Source: Klebsormidium nitens
Taxonomy: Eukaryota > Plantae > Klebsormidiophyceae
Direction of reading: 5' to 3'
Assembly (NCBI GenBank): GCA_000708835.1
Contig: DF237111.1
Span: forward strand, 100,576 to 164,575
Length of the DNA stretch: 64,000 nucleotides
In this document: positions 23,501 to 36,532 of the stretch, piece by piece
Layout: each line of letters starts with the position of its first letter
How positions within the stretch are numbered: position 1 is the first letter of the stretch
Position numbers and translations under genes: made by a program
Notes under the pieces: model-generated
What the model was told of the DNA's origin: nothing
Databases searched by the model: none
Seen by the model: only the letters and a program-made list of their open reading frames with translations

Positions 23501-26223
23501 ACAAGAGCGGAAGCAAGTGTCTTACAGGCTACCATACTACGTTCAGTTCCTCGAACTTTGGTTACAACTTTTGCGCATTGTTCAGTCAGCTATCGTTCGA
23601 TTGCCCTAATCCACCGTGAAACCCTTTCTGGAAGGGGATTCAAGAGTTAGGTCGGCGTGGTCAAAACCACTCACACCTCCACCACTCTCCTTGCAAACCC
23701 TATCTAAACCCTTTCGAAATCTCTTCTAACTTCTCTAAATCCCTTCTCAACCTTTTTCTTGCCCTTTTATCTTTCCCAAACCCCAGTCTTCTCATCAAAC
23801 CTCGGTTGTCTCGGTGCAGGACCGCTAGCGAGGGTCGCCGCTTGGCTGAGCAGCTCCTGCTCCAGTTTGCCAACTCTTCAGACCCGGTCGGGGACGCCCG
23901 CGAGTGCGTGGCAGCAGCCGCGCTCTGGCTGGGCTCTGTCACAAAGTCACGCTCCCAGGTGAGGAGAGAGTTTGTTTCTTCTTTCTACAGAAAGCGCGTC
24001 GCCCTAGGTCAGGAGTCAGCTTATAGAGTGTTCACTGTTCCATATCAGTCTGAAGCCCCCTTGCTGTTACTTGACTACAGCTTCTGCACTGTAACTGGCC
24101 CCGGAGCCGTCCTAAGTGCGCCCTTTCTTGAGCGAAACCTTCGGCTGAAATGGTTCGAGCTGTTCCTCGTTGAAGTTAACTTTCAACCTGCGAAGATCTT
24201 CCTTGTTGTCAACCCGCTCGTCATCGCTTCCTGTACCCGTCTTTAGCACCGGCGACCATCGTGACCACTGCTGCGAAATGAGACTGAAAACCTCGTTTTT
24301 CCTAACGCTGTCAATCGGACCAACGTCTCGGCCGTTCCAGACAGGCAGAAAAAGTCCGAGGCGCTTTCGACCCGTTGCAGATCCTACCTCAACCATTGCA
24401 CCTTAGACGTTGCCATTGCACCTCAGACGTTGCACCTCAACTCCGTTTCCCTTTTCAAATCCTCATTTCGCGAACTGGCCCTTTACCAGCTCTGTCACCG
24501 CCGTCTTTGTCAACTCGCTCGGATCATCCCGTTTAAATCTCCTTCCTTCCCTTCCTTCACGACTCTTTCGTCGAGAATCTTTCTCGCCGGACCTTTGAAA
24601 CCTCCTTCCTTTCCATTCTCACTTCTTGGACCCACTTCTTTAACCCACGTTCCGAACCGAACCCCCGTCTCCTTCGCAGGCCGACTACTCGCACCGCGTC
24701 TCCCTTTCGCGCCTTCCTTCTGTCACCAGAAAAGCTAACCCACGTCTTGACCTGGTTCTTAACCATTCCAATCTTCTTCGCAGGCCGACTACTCGCACAG
24801 CGTCTCACCCTCGTCCCTCTCTCCGGTCTCCTCTTCGTCCCTTAGTAACCTGGCAGCGCTCTCCCAGGCGGACCATACCTCGCCCCTGGTTCTCCCCTCG
24901 GCGTACTACGGAGGGCCTAACGGCATGACACCTGGCATGGGCCTGAACGCCCACGTGTCCACTCTCCGAGGGGTGGCCGGGAGGGTGCCCCCGATTCGGC
25001 CCGTTGTGTCGTTCGAAGACTACAAGGACCGGCCGAGCGACTACTTGAGGGTGAGAGATCTTGGTCGATCCTATTTTGCTGCCAAAAGTCCAATCCCTGC
25101 AAGAGAATAAGCAGCGTTTGCGCGGGGCGTGGTGGAGAAACAGAAGTAGTTTCTGCTGCGCGACGGTTGGTCCTTCGACGCAGCTTGTCATAAGGTGCGC
25201 ATCGATTCAAATCTGGCTTATCCACCCCTACGAAGTTGGCGAGGAGCTTTGACGGACGTTGGTCCGCAAAGAAGAAGCAGCCCATCAGCATTTTGTAAGA
25301 AAGTTCTTCTGACAGGCTAACTTCTCCACGCCAGCTTTCACACTGGGAAGGCTGATTTGTCACTTGCGAGGCTGCTTCTATGTCCGTGTATCTTCAAACC
25401 AAGAGCCGAGCACGGGTTTGGCTGCAAAGCGGCTCACCTGAATCGACTCAGAAATATCCCCAGATTCCATGAAGCTGCGGCTCATTTGACATCTTAGTCG
25501 CCTCGTCACTGCAACTCGACGAGTACTCACATCTATCCGAAGCGGATCTGATGAGTGCAGTACAATATACTCAAAGCAAAGCTGATAAGCGCGAATCATT
25601 CTGAGTATCTCTGATCTGATATTTCCACAAAACTCCGCAGGAGTTTGGCGACCCCGCGGCTTTGAACGCGGCCGGCACCTCCGCCATCAGGCCCCTGGCA
25701 GGGGTCAATGGCAACTGGGAATGTGACGACTGCAAGAACGTCAACTTCCCGAGGAGGTACGGCACGTGCTCCTGACTCGCTGAGTTATTCCGTGGCACTG
25801 CCTCCATCCAAAAGACTCGGAGAGTCACCTGTCTGTCCACCTTGCATACTTGAGTTTGTCTGGTTGCTTGCGGGCTTACTTGTCCGAGCGTCTCTGCTGG
25901 GAGAATGACGAATCCGTTCTGTCTGGCTGGAATTGGATGGAGTCATGTGTTCTTACTGGGACGGTAGATTGTTGTAATACTCAAAAGTGTCTCGACTTCC
26001 TGAAAGGATTATGCCAATCAATAGTTCTGGTTGTTGACTGCACGCTCGACTGGTAGCATGATGTTTGGGTACATTAAATAGTGGTCAGACGGGGCCACTC
26101 AAGGGATCCCTCTTGGTGTGCAGGACGAACTGTTACCAGTGCCATAAGAAGCGGGGGTCCAAGGGGGAGGACATTGTTAGAGAGTATGTCCGCCGCCTCA
26201 TCGAGGAGAGCCTTAGGGTGTAG
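20501..26223 (+). CDS. Protein with two RanBP2-type zinc fingers (probable RNA-binding), about 8 exons
   Basis: Exons 20501-20634, 21698-21830, 22403-22513, 23037-23218, 23820-23958, 24784-25050, 25641-25756 and 26124-26223, phase-consistent. Fingers: GNWMCEDPACRNVNYPRRSECNKCG and GNWECDDCKNVNFPRRTNCYQCH. The start codon is less certain. Confidence 0.8.
24660..24705 (+). repeat. Intronic copy of acceptor and exon start of the RanBP2-ZnF gene
   Basis: ttcgcag|gccgactactcgcaccgcgtctc at 24680 duplicates ttcgcag|gccgactactcgcacagcgtctc at 24784. Confidence 0.85.
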
Positions 26224-28499
26224 GGAGGTGTCGATCTGCCCGGATTTGTTTCTGCATGGGCCAGGTACCATGTACCGTTTGCAAATAAGACTCATGCAGT
26301 ACAACGTATTGCACGGGGATAGGACTCGTAGTGCTTGCTGGTAAGGAGTGTATGCACAGGGACATTGTACAGTTTTGCACCGAGCACGGCTGCGTTTAGG
26401 AGGTTGTTTTAGAGCGCTAAAAGGGTGAGTGCGTCTGGGTCGACGAAGCTCGGTGGAATTTTCCGGCGGTCGCAAAGTGTGGCTTCGAATTGGTTCTCCT
26501 ACTGTTAGCAGGTTACCGGTTTTACGATAGATTGAGGACGCGGCCGATCATTGTTCGATATCAAACGCTTGTAGAGCCGCCTGCGTTCGTGTCACGATAC
26601 GATTGGGTATAATCTGAACAGTAGGAGGGATATATTGACACGGTTGAGGTCCCAAGGTCGGACATGCAGGATGTCCAGTCTCGAGGTTCTATAATACAGG
26701 AGTGCGCTAGGGGTTTTGTTTTGATTTCCTCGACCTTAGACATGAACGATCGTTTGCCAGGATTGAAAAACTGCATATATCTATATGCTCGTTTTGTGCT
26801 GAACAGATCTCCGCGACGCTTGACTAGTCCTAATCTTACTGTCAGATCAGATGATGTGCATGAGCCAGTGTGAGTTCAGAATGTTGAGCTAGTCATGGAT
26901 CAACGCATCCACTATGTGATCATTCACTGAGCACGGTGGCTCACATGCGAACTGCAACAACACGGTGTTGTCTAGAAGTGTTATCACAGATCTTGCATTT
27001 CCGTAATCAGTGTCAAGTGTGTCATCGCCGTCAGTTTACCCGCAAACCCCGCACGGTCGATCGATTCGACACTAGTGCGCACACGCGGCTGTAGTCAAAA
27101 CCGAGTTCAAGAACAGAAGACCACGTCGGACACCGGATTTGACACGAACATATATGTCCAACATGCTTAGAAGTAAAACTTTCAAGCTCCGGTTCAGTAT
27201 CGACTACTAATGGTAGCACCTGCAATAATTGCATGTATATGGTGTGGTGCGCCGTCGGACGATTGACTGCTCATGGCATGACCGTCTGTATATCTAGCAT
27301 GCGCACTGTATTAATTCAGCTATACACCGCGATGGTCTAATCAGACAAAGAATGATAGGTTTACGATTAGTGAGCTTGGTCGAATCCTAAAATTGGTCAT
27401 ATATGTGATTAGACGCATGCATGCCACACTGTCACATGTCAGCGCATTGGACGTGTGTAATACCACGCTATAACTGCAGGCATACATGCACGTGAGTGGG
27501 GTCCTGCAAGACAAGACTTGCTCTCAATCGTTGAACTGTAATCATAACTATTTCGAAACCAACTAGCAAGACACACCGCATGAAGCTCAATGCGGCCCGC
27601 CGTGTTCCTCTAAAGACCTTCTCTCGGGAAAAGGCCGAGACATAGAGCAACGGGGTGCATGAGCGGTGAGTATAATCGAAAAGATTGTGCTGTCGTTGCT
27701 TTCCAAACTACGTATGTTTGACAGTTGGCGAGCCTGCCCGTTTCCCAGATTGAGGAGTTCCCTTTCAGGATGTGCGAGGCAATACGCCAGCCCTTCAACT
27801 CGTCACTGCAAGTAAGACCTAATCTACAGCCCCATGTTCCAAAGTCTCATCAGTCGACACGGAATCTACCTCAATTGAGCTATTCGGGGCAAGACTGCTC
27901 TCATCTGCAGAGAAAAAGGGTCAATCGTCAGCTGGAGGAGAACACAAGACGGACGGGACAGATTGAATAGATTGAACATCTTTGCATATCTCTACAGTTC
28001 TCCATTGTTTCTAACGGCCTGCTAGCTGGAAGAAAACATTGCCACAAGTGCGCATCGACTCGATGTGGGTCGTGATTCCGACGACTATCGACGCTAGTGA
28101 AAGGGATTGAACACCCTGCTTTGCGATTGAACGTGCTCGTCTTTCGCAAGTTTCGGTCCGATCGGATCAACTAATGCTGATAATTATCGTAAGAAAGACC
28201 GGATGCGTCAAGGAAGTGCGGCCCCTTACGCGGAACCGCTGTTGCTAACGTGTCTGTCATTGCTGATCAAAGATGACCCCGTTTGAAAACGGCTGCATTC
28301 ACCAGCTGTGCAACAAAAACACCTCGCTCGCCAAACAACCACCGTCTGCAAAGGGTACTTTGCAAACCCGCCGTCTTGCAGAAACCTCGTCCAAGTTTTT
28401 CATCGGTTTGTAGACCTACTGTTCTACCGGAGAAAACTTACGACAATATCGAAACTGAAAGGTATTATTACATTGGCACGCCAGTCTGTCCATGGTGGA

Positions 28500-31400
28500 C
28501 TAAGCAAAATTAGGTTGTTGGACCGGCCCAGACAAGGCTGTACATAGCGTTCGGCTGGGGAAGGAACGGAAAATTTCAGCCGGAATCCGCTCGGGCTCAC
28601 CGGATGGCTCGGGGCCCTCCAGCGCAGCCCAGATATCGTCCAGCATCAGCGGTCGCGGCTCCTTATGGATCGCGGGATCGTAGCCGTCCCGCAGCCAGCC
28701 ATAAGTGGCCGCCCGCTTCCGCTCCTCCAAGTCCGGATACGCCAACCGCTTCCGTTCCGCGAGCTCTTCCGCCCGCTTATGCCGTCCCGCGTTCACATGC
28801 AGCGCCGCAAGCTTATCATAAGTGTGCGGCAGCATCGCGAGCCCCCGCTCCTTCATCTCCGCGCATAGCCTATCCTCCACGGGCAGGTTATTCTGCCCCA
28901 CGTGGGCGAGCAGCACGGACTCGTATATGACCGCGTCGAGCTCTAACAGCTCCTCCTTCGCCTCCGCAAACACGTCATCAATGACGTCAGTCTCCCCGCG
29001 CGAGGCGAGCCCGTTTATAAGCACCGTGTACGTTTGCACGTTCGGCACCAGCCCGACCTCGCGCATTTTGGCGAACAGCTCCCACGACGTTTCGAGGTCG
29101 TCCGCCCGGATATACGCGTGGATCATCGCCGTGAAGATGGTCGTCGTCGGCTGCAGCTTCGCATAGCGCATCAGCCTGCAGCATAAGCGATGGTGAGGGC
29201 TGTGAGTCTTGAGGGTCGGGGATAGGATATGAGCAGAGATCAAAAGTGTCGGTTTTGGTGCTTCAAGGCCCATCGTGAATCGCTGATCGAAAGAGCTCAT
29301 GCAGAGTCAAGGGTGCCAGCATTACTTCTGGATGACGTGCGAGGTCGGAACCTTGATTCACAGCGACGAGAAGACCATCCTTTGAGTTGGGTCCTTGCAA
29401 AGACGACAGGGAAGCGCAATGGAGTTAGCGCTCTGCTGGATTGCACACATGTATCTCGTTGCACCGCTGGAATCCGCTGGTGGGATCCGCCCGCTTGCAA
29501 AAGAGAGCGCATGGAGTGCAGGTGCGTAGGTTAGAAAACCTGGTGCGCGTATGCTTGTAAGCTTAGAACGCAGTTCGCGAAGCCCAAAGAGTTGTTGACG
29601 TCAACTTTCCCTTCGTGTTGAAAGTTTGAACCGCGGGCCCGTCTTTCTTGCGTCCAAGAAGGATGCAGACTAAAAAGGGGCTCAGAGCTTTGAAGACGAC
29701 TTTTCTGGGGTTCCACGGGTTCGGCGAAATCACTGCCGGAGAGTCTGCAGAGCCGCTTCAGCCCAAATCAACGGAAAACGCCAAACACGCCAATCGTCTC
29801 ACCGGTACATGTGCTCCATCTCCTGCAATCGCCCCACCTTCCCGAACCCCTCCATCAGCGCGCCGTACGTAAGCGCCCACGGCTTGACCCGCGCGAGCTG
29901 CATCGCTTGGAAGATCCGCATCGCCTCGTCGCAGAAACACCCCTTCGAGCGGATCAACCCGGTTATCAGCATGTTATACGGTTCGGGGGACGGCTCCACT
30001 CCCTTGATTTCCATACCGTATATGACCTCCTCCGCCTGCGTGAAATAACCCGCCGTCGCGAGAACCTCCACCAGGCTATTATAAGTGCACGACGTCACGG
30101 GGAGCTCCTTTGCCGTCATCTCGCGGTAGAGCCGGATCGCCTCGCGCACGTTGCGCGTGCCGACGCACGCCTTGATGAGCACGTTGTACGTGATGTCGGT
30201 CGGGGGGATCCCCGCGGCCAGCATCTGGTCGAAAACTTCCTGGACCTGCGAATTCAGGTTTCCTGAGTCTTAGTCTTTCTGGTGGTCAGAGCTTGTGAAT
30301 GTGGACTTGTTTATCAATTCGAATGTTAGACACACGCCTTAATGAGCACGTTGTACGTGATGTCGGTCGGGGGAATCCCCACGGCCAGCATCTGGTCGAA
30401 CACCTCCTGGACCTGCAGATAACGTAATCCCTCTTGATATCCTGGTGTATATTCAGGAGCGACTTGCAACCTGCCTCAGCATCTCCTCAGATTCGGCTCG
30501 ATTGTTGTTCCGTTCATCGGTTTTCCAGAGGTCTGGAGGCTGCCCGTGTCAACTTCGTAATTCGCCCGTGTTTGAATCTATCCAAGTCCCTTTTGAAGCA
30601 TCCTCTACCGTCCCGAACTTCCAACGGGACTTTGGATGTCAGGTCGAATAGAGCTAAGCTTTTGCGAATCGTGGAGAATTTTAGCTGTCTTTCAGAAACG
30701 GGGACTGGATTTAAGCAATCAAAGATTGATGTGCACATTTTAGAGCAATCAGGGAAACAACGGGGATACACATTGACAGGCCTTGGGAGATGACTCCCGG
30801 CCTCTAACTGCACGCAACCAAAGCCATCAGAACCGTACACCACCCAAACGCTGGCCACCAATCACCTCTACTCAGATCGTCGAAAGTCGCTCCTCCCACT
30901 CCATAGCCTTGCGACTGAAAAGAGACGCCCTATTCAGGACTAGAATCTCACAGGTAGCTGTAAATCATCATAGGTTACTGCATGATAACTTTCAAGAAAC
31001 TGCTTCAAAATCCCACCCACCTTGTGCTGGTGGTTCCGCTCGCTGTGCATGTGCATCATCATTGTGAACGTTCGGTCGTTGGGCGGCGTGCGCGCGTCGT
31101 CCAGCATCGCCGCAAAGAGCTCCTCCGCGCGCGAGTACGCTTGACTTGACACCAGCGCGTTTAGGACGCTGTTTTTGGCGATTGTGTCAGGCGCAAGGCC
31201 TTCGGAAACCATGCGCTCGAAAAGCGCCTCGACCTTGTCGGCGGCGTTGCGCCGGTCACGGGGGGTGGCTTCTTTCATCCTGGGGAGGGGAGGAGGTTCG
31301 ATCGAATGAGGGATGGCTTAACGAGGAGTGGAGTGTTTCGAGCGAGCGAAGCACGAACGCAAAACCGCAAGGAAGATTATTTAACATTTCTAGCAGGCGA

Positions 31401-34400
31401 GAATTCGGGCCTGAAACCTGTTGAAGCATTCAAGAATCTCAAACATGACCAAAACTTGTTACCAAACGGACAGAGCTTTCCCATCGAGCAACTCATTCTT
31501 CCTGCTATACCTTGTCCGCGTCCCCTTAAACCCAAGATAGAAGCTCCTCAACCGGAACTAGACATGACCAAAAGTTGTTGAGATACAACACGGAGCTAGC
31601 GCGATCACACCACATGTCCTATCACATGCCTCGAAATCAAGGCATCGCCAAAACTCGGAGCTTTTCCAAGAACCTATATGTCCTCTCAGTCACTCTCCGC
31701 ATACCCTAAAACCTAGCTAGTGTCCTTGCCAGAATCGTGCGCAGTCACAAGGTCCAGAAATGACCAAAACTTGGTTCGACCGAGCTTTGAAAACAGCCCA
31801 CTTGTCCTTCCTTCCACGCACCGGCTTCCGCGCACCAACCGCGTGCCTTCAAACCAAGGTAATCTTCAGAACCAGGATCTTCAGCGTCTGAATAANNNNN
31901 NNNNNNNNNNNNNNNNNNNNNNNNNNNNNNNNNNNNNNNNNNNNNNNNNNNNNNNNNNNNNNNNNNNNNNNNNNNNNNNNNNNNNNNNNNNNNNNNNNNN
32001 NNNNNNNNNNNNNNNNNNNNNNNNNNNNNNNNNNNNNNNNNNNNNNNNNNNNNNNNNNNNNNNNNNNNNNNNNNNNNNNNNNNNNNNNNNNNNNNNNNNN
32101 NNNNNNNNNNNNNNNNNNNNNNNNNNNNNNNNNNNNNNNNNNNNNNNNNNNNNNNNNNNNNNNNNNNNNNNNNNNNNNNNNNNNNNNNNNNNNNNNNNNN
32201 NNNNNNNNNNNNNNNNNNNNNNNNNNNNNNNNNNNNNNNNNNNNNNNNNNNNNNNNNNNNNNNNNNNNNNNNNNNNNNNNNNNNNNNNNNNNNNNNNNNN
32301 NNNNNNNNNNNNNNNNNNNNNNNNNNNNNNNNNNNNNNNNNNNNNNNNNNNNNNNNNNNNNNNNNNNNNNNNNNNNNNNNNNNNNNNNNNNNNNNNNNNN
32401 NNNNNNNNNNNNNNNNNNNNNNNNNNNNNNNNNNNNNNNNNNNNNNNNNACCAGGATCTTCAGCGTCTGAATAATCTGAGACTAACAAAAGGCGGAAACA
32501 AACTCGCAGTATCCTTGCTCCCGCGCCCCGTCCGCATAACCTGAACCCAAGACAGTCTTCCAGACCAGAATCTTTAGCGTCGAAATAACCGGAGACTAAT
32601 GAAAAATGCGCGGTCAACTCACCTGTCCTTCCGCCCCCGCGCACCGTCCACATGTTCAAAACTCAAGATAGTCTCGTGGAACCAAAATTTTAGCACTGAA
32701 TAACACGCCTAACAGAAAAGTGGAACAAAAATGCGCGATCAGCTCACTTGTCCTTCCTCCCGCGCACCGTCCTCGTGCCCGCCCGCCACACCGCGTCCAT
32801 CATGGTGCTGTACGAGATCCGATCGCGCTGGAGGCCCCGCACCGACATTTCCTCAAACAGCGCCTCCACCAGAGGGTAATCCCCCGAGAACTTGGTGACG
32901 ACGCTCATGGCGGCATTGTACATGTTGGTTGTGGGGGGGTGGCGGCTCTCGCGCATCGCGTTGAACACCGCGAGGGCGGCCTCGTAGCGGTGGTGTCGGT
33001 GCAGGCCGAAAAACACCTGGGGGGGGAGGATATTTTCATAAACGAAACTTGCCTTTCTCCGGCCCGAGTCAGGGTCAAGATGTTGCAGCAGCAGTCTGCA
33101 ATGTAATAGGTGCGACAATAGTCGGACTTTGAGGACATACCCAGTTCTTGGCCAATTTGTCAGAAGTCGAACACTTTGTCAAGAACAAGATATGGTTCTT
33201 GCGATTGAGAGGGCCCGAGTTTGACGTCATCTAAGACGTGGTATCGTCCCATATCTTCCCATCTGTCAACCCAGCGCCGAAGACCAGCCCAAAAAGCTCA
33301 GGCACTCTCTCGTGAACGTCGACTCGCCCATACTTGCAATGGTAAACTCTGGAAACACAACTCGATTCCAAGCCCCACAGACCTAGACCTTACAAGCGGA
33401 AGCCCTCTACTCCATCATATATCCGACACACCTTGTCCACTTTGTTACCACTCATCAACAAAGGCGTTCGCCAATCACAAGCACCCCCAAACCCAAGACG
33501 TGGCCAAACCCTGAAGCATGCATGAGCTCAAAACTTACCCTGGCGTATGTTGTCTCATCCGGCTCGTACCCAGCCCTTGGCAAGTATGCCAGCACCGCTT
33601 CCATTTGGCGACACCACCCCCCTCGCGCAAGCAGCTTTATGACCTCGTTCCAATACTCTAGGTTCATCTTCTCGATCACCCCGCTCGGCACGATCCTTTC
33701 TACCGCCGACTCTAGTTCTCCGACATCCCGCCCCACGTCTCGCAACGCCCTCGCGGCCTCCAGAACCAGCGGCTCCTGCACCTCACTTTTCTGGTTTTTG
33801 ACCCAGGGGCCCCGCGGCCTGCCGTTTCTGCCCCCCTGAGAGGAGTCCTCTGCTCCGGGGGGGCGATTGCGTGCTGAGCGCCAGTGGGGGGGAGAGTCTT
33901 TTCGGACTGTGCCAGCCGTGGAAGCGTGCCTGTGGTTCGTGGCCCCCGAAGTGGACGCCTCCCCAGCCCTCAGCAGCCGGCTGCTGACGTCAGCGACCGC
34001 CTCGTCGCCCTCAGCATTGCGCTCCCGCTTCGGGTTTTGCGATGGGAGTTGACTCCGGAGGGGGACGTTCTTTTGAGACTCGCTCAACAGCTCCGTAGTG
34101 GAAGCAGCCCAAGGCGCCACCCTCGACCGACTTTTCAAAGATGATGTCAGCATCTCGGCGCCACTGTCCGATGACATCAGCGGGCTACCAGGTTCGGCTG
34201 CCCCCGGCGCCCCAACCCCATTCTCCCTCGTACCTTTCCGCGCCGCCCGCCGTTCGGCGCTGGACAGCTGGCGCCCTTGCTGACCTTGGCCCGCTGGCTG
34301 CTGACCTCGTTCCTCACCCTGTTCAACCACCACCACCCCATCGGACTCTGAACCCAGCTCCGCCTCTAGTTCTGTCGGGCTGCCCCGTTTCGCAATTCCT

Positions 34401-35155
34401 CGCTTCGTCTCCAGCTGCGCTTCTGTTCTGTCCGAAAAGTTCAGACGCCCAGTGTCCGCCACCCTTCTCCACTCGGACTCCGCTTCTCCTTCAGAACCTT
34501 TGCTTGCGAGAACCTGCGTCTTCGAACCCTCAAGTGATCCTCTGTCTTCCAGCTGCTGATCTTGCAAGATTAGGGTTTCGGAGTCTTGGCTGAGGCCCGT
34601 CGAATCAGATGTACTCGATTCCGGGCGCAGGAATTGGGGAGGGGTGATGGAAGGGCTTTTTGCGCTAAGGCCTCGTTGGCCTTGTCCCCTCCTCTTACCG
34701 CGCGGCCTGCCGGCTCCATCGTCCAAGATGACGTCAGCGAGACCGTTATCAAGCTGCTCCAGAATCCGCCGGGCGGCACCCTTGACATCGGAGCTCCCGC
34801 CGCTGACGTCATCACCAGCTTCGCTCGCATCATCATCCCGACCACCGTTAACAGCCCCTGAAGCAACCTGGCCCCCAGCTTTCTTGGATGTGACTCGAGC
34901 TGATCGGTCGACCTGAGGTCTGTTCCCAGGCTCAGAATCTGACTTCAATTCTGAAGGAGACAGAATGGCAGCCCTGGGGCCCTGTACACTCCACCGGGGC
35001 CTCCGCCTCAGTCCACAATGAGGCCCAAGTGAAAACGACGGCTGGAACAGGGCCTTTCTTCCAATCTGGTGGTGGGAGGGCAGATTGCAGGGAGGGCTGC
35101 AAAGGCCAACACTTTGCAGCAAAGTCTGCGATCCTGCCATTGCAAAGTCGACCAA
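28500..35155 (-). CDS. P-class PPR protein with a long low-complexity N-terminus (probably organelle-targeted), 5 exons
   Basis: Exons 35155-33539, 33016-32748, 31279-31021, 30245-29803 and 29175-28500, phase-consistent. PPR motifs include PDETTYARV, PTTNMYNAAM, PDTIAKNSVL, PTDITYNVLIKAC and PNVQTYTVLINGL. An extra exon hidden in the N gap cannot be excluded and the 3' end is uncertain. Confidence 0.85.
30326..30412 (-). repeat. Near-identical intronic copy of acceptor and first 28 codons of PPR exon 4, ending in an in-frame TAA
   Basis: ctgcag|VQEVFDQMLAVGIPPTDITYNVLIKACV* versus the real exon at 30245, VQEVFDQMLAAGIPPTDITYNVLIKACVG. Confidence 0.93.
31790..32747 (-). repeat. Array of roughly 110-130 bp exon-2-end plus donor units in PPR intron 2, interrupted by the assembly gap
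   Basis: Copies of gacggtgcgcggg.ggaaggaca.|gtg at about 32620-32650, 32505-32535 and 31797-31825. The identical 25-mer accaggatcttcagcgtctgaataa flanks both sides of the N run. Confidence 0.75.
31896..32449. other. Assembly gap (554 N)
   Basis: Run of N characters. Confidence 0.99.
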
Positions 35156-35391
35156 TTCAATCCTTTCGACTGAAAATGAAACAGTTTACCCCGTCCTTGT
35201 ATGGTCCTACGCATTGCTACACATTGTTGGCTTACATACTCTCGAATCCAGTATAGTAACTCCTAGTGAGAAGAGCCTGCAATTGGTTCACCTCAAGAGA
35301 GAAGTAGCACCAAGACTCCCTTAGACAAGACCGCAGTACCGCTTTTACAAGCACCGAGCTGCCGCATCACCACGCTCAGGCCAATGCCGCC

Positions 35392-35858
35392 TTTATAGCT
35401 CCTCTGAGCTCGTATTCACCTTTTTCTCATTTTGTCTTCATCCTCCTCCCTCCTTTGACATTGATTACCTAAGAGAGCGACAGGGTCTCCGGATTGTCAA
35501 GGTATTTTCGCTGCCACTTTGAACAGCCACTAGAATCGACTTTCAGAAAAGGCTGACCTTGAAGCCAACTTCAAGACAGTCACTGTCGCAGCTGAACTGT
35601 GAACAGTGAACGGCTTGAAGTTGCAAGAAGGAAGTTGTTTTCTTGCATACGGGTACATATATTCAGATATATTACCTTTTGTTCCCACGAAACGAGCTTT
35701 TTCCACATCGCTGACCCAAGACTGTATGTTCGATAATATTAGACCCCGTGTGCTGGTTTGACCGGCGACAGGCTCTCCATCGAAGAATTTGAATGTACGG
35801 TGTACCTGTTTAAAAATCTGGGTTTCTATAACGAACAGTCGCTCAGGGGGGTATATAA
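35392..35858. promoter_or_regulatory. Candidate bidirectional promoter with outward-facing TATA-like boxes
   Basis: TATAAA on the minus strand at 35397-35392 (towards the PPR gene) and TATATAA on the plus strand at 35852-35858 (towards the FTR gene). Motif match only. Confidence 0.3.
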
Positions 35859-36025
35859 GGAACCGGTGCTCATATAAGCGCAGCGACAACCACTTTCCCT
35901 GTTCAACATGTTGAGTGTTGAACAGACCTGGACATCTGTTTCCGAGTGCAGTCTGTTTCGGCACTAGCTTCAATAAACCTCACTGCTCAAGAGGATAAAC
36001 TTTGCACAGGACTTAGGAAGGCGCA

Positions 36026-36532
36026 ATGGCGGTTGCTCAAGCCTGTGTGCGGGTTCCCTTTTCTCCGCTGCAGTTACCCAGAGTCTCTTGCGAGTGCGGG
36101 CCGTCCTCAAGCAAGAGCTTGGTTTTCCGGGGCACAAGAAGCAGTCAAATTGCACACAATGTAGGATCAACACACACTATCTCACACGAGGCGCTTCGCA
36201 ATGCAGTCCCTGTTCAAAGGTCGCAGGGCGGAGCCAGGTCAAGAGGAGTTCGGGCTTCAGGAATGTCAGTCAGTTTTGGGGGAGGGGAGAAGCACGAGGC
36301 AAAGTTTCAGAAGGGCGATAAAGTGAAGGTTTCTCAATCGGCGATCGTGTATCATGTTCCAAAGACGCCGGAGCTAGACTTGCAAAACTTGGAAGGGGAG
36401 GTGGCCGACGTGTTGTATGAATTCAAGGGAAAGCCAATCTCAGCCAACCTGCCCTACAAGGTTAAGTTCCAGAAAGAGGGCAAGCCATTTTTTGCGCATC
36501 TAAGAGAAGACGAGATTGAGCTAGCAAGCTAG
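36026..36532 (+). CDS. FTRA: Ferredoxin-thioredoxin reductase variable (alpha) chain with plastid transit peptide, single exon
   Basis: Ser/Arg-rich N-terminal transit-like region followed by GDKVKV....IVYHVPK.PELDL..LEGEV.......KGKPISANLPYKV.F......FFAHL.EDE. Confidence 0.92.
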   Translation: MAVAQACVRVPFSPLQLPRVSCECGPSSSKSLVFRGTRSSQIAHNVGSTHTISHEALRNAVPVQRSQGGARSRGVRASGMSVSFGGGEKHEAKFQKGDKVKVSQSAIVYHVPKTPELDLQNLEGEVADVLYEFKGKPISANLPYKVKFQKEGKPFFAHLREDEIELAS

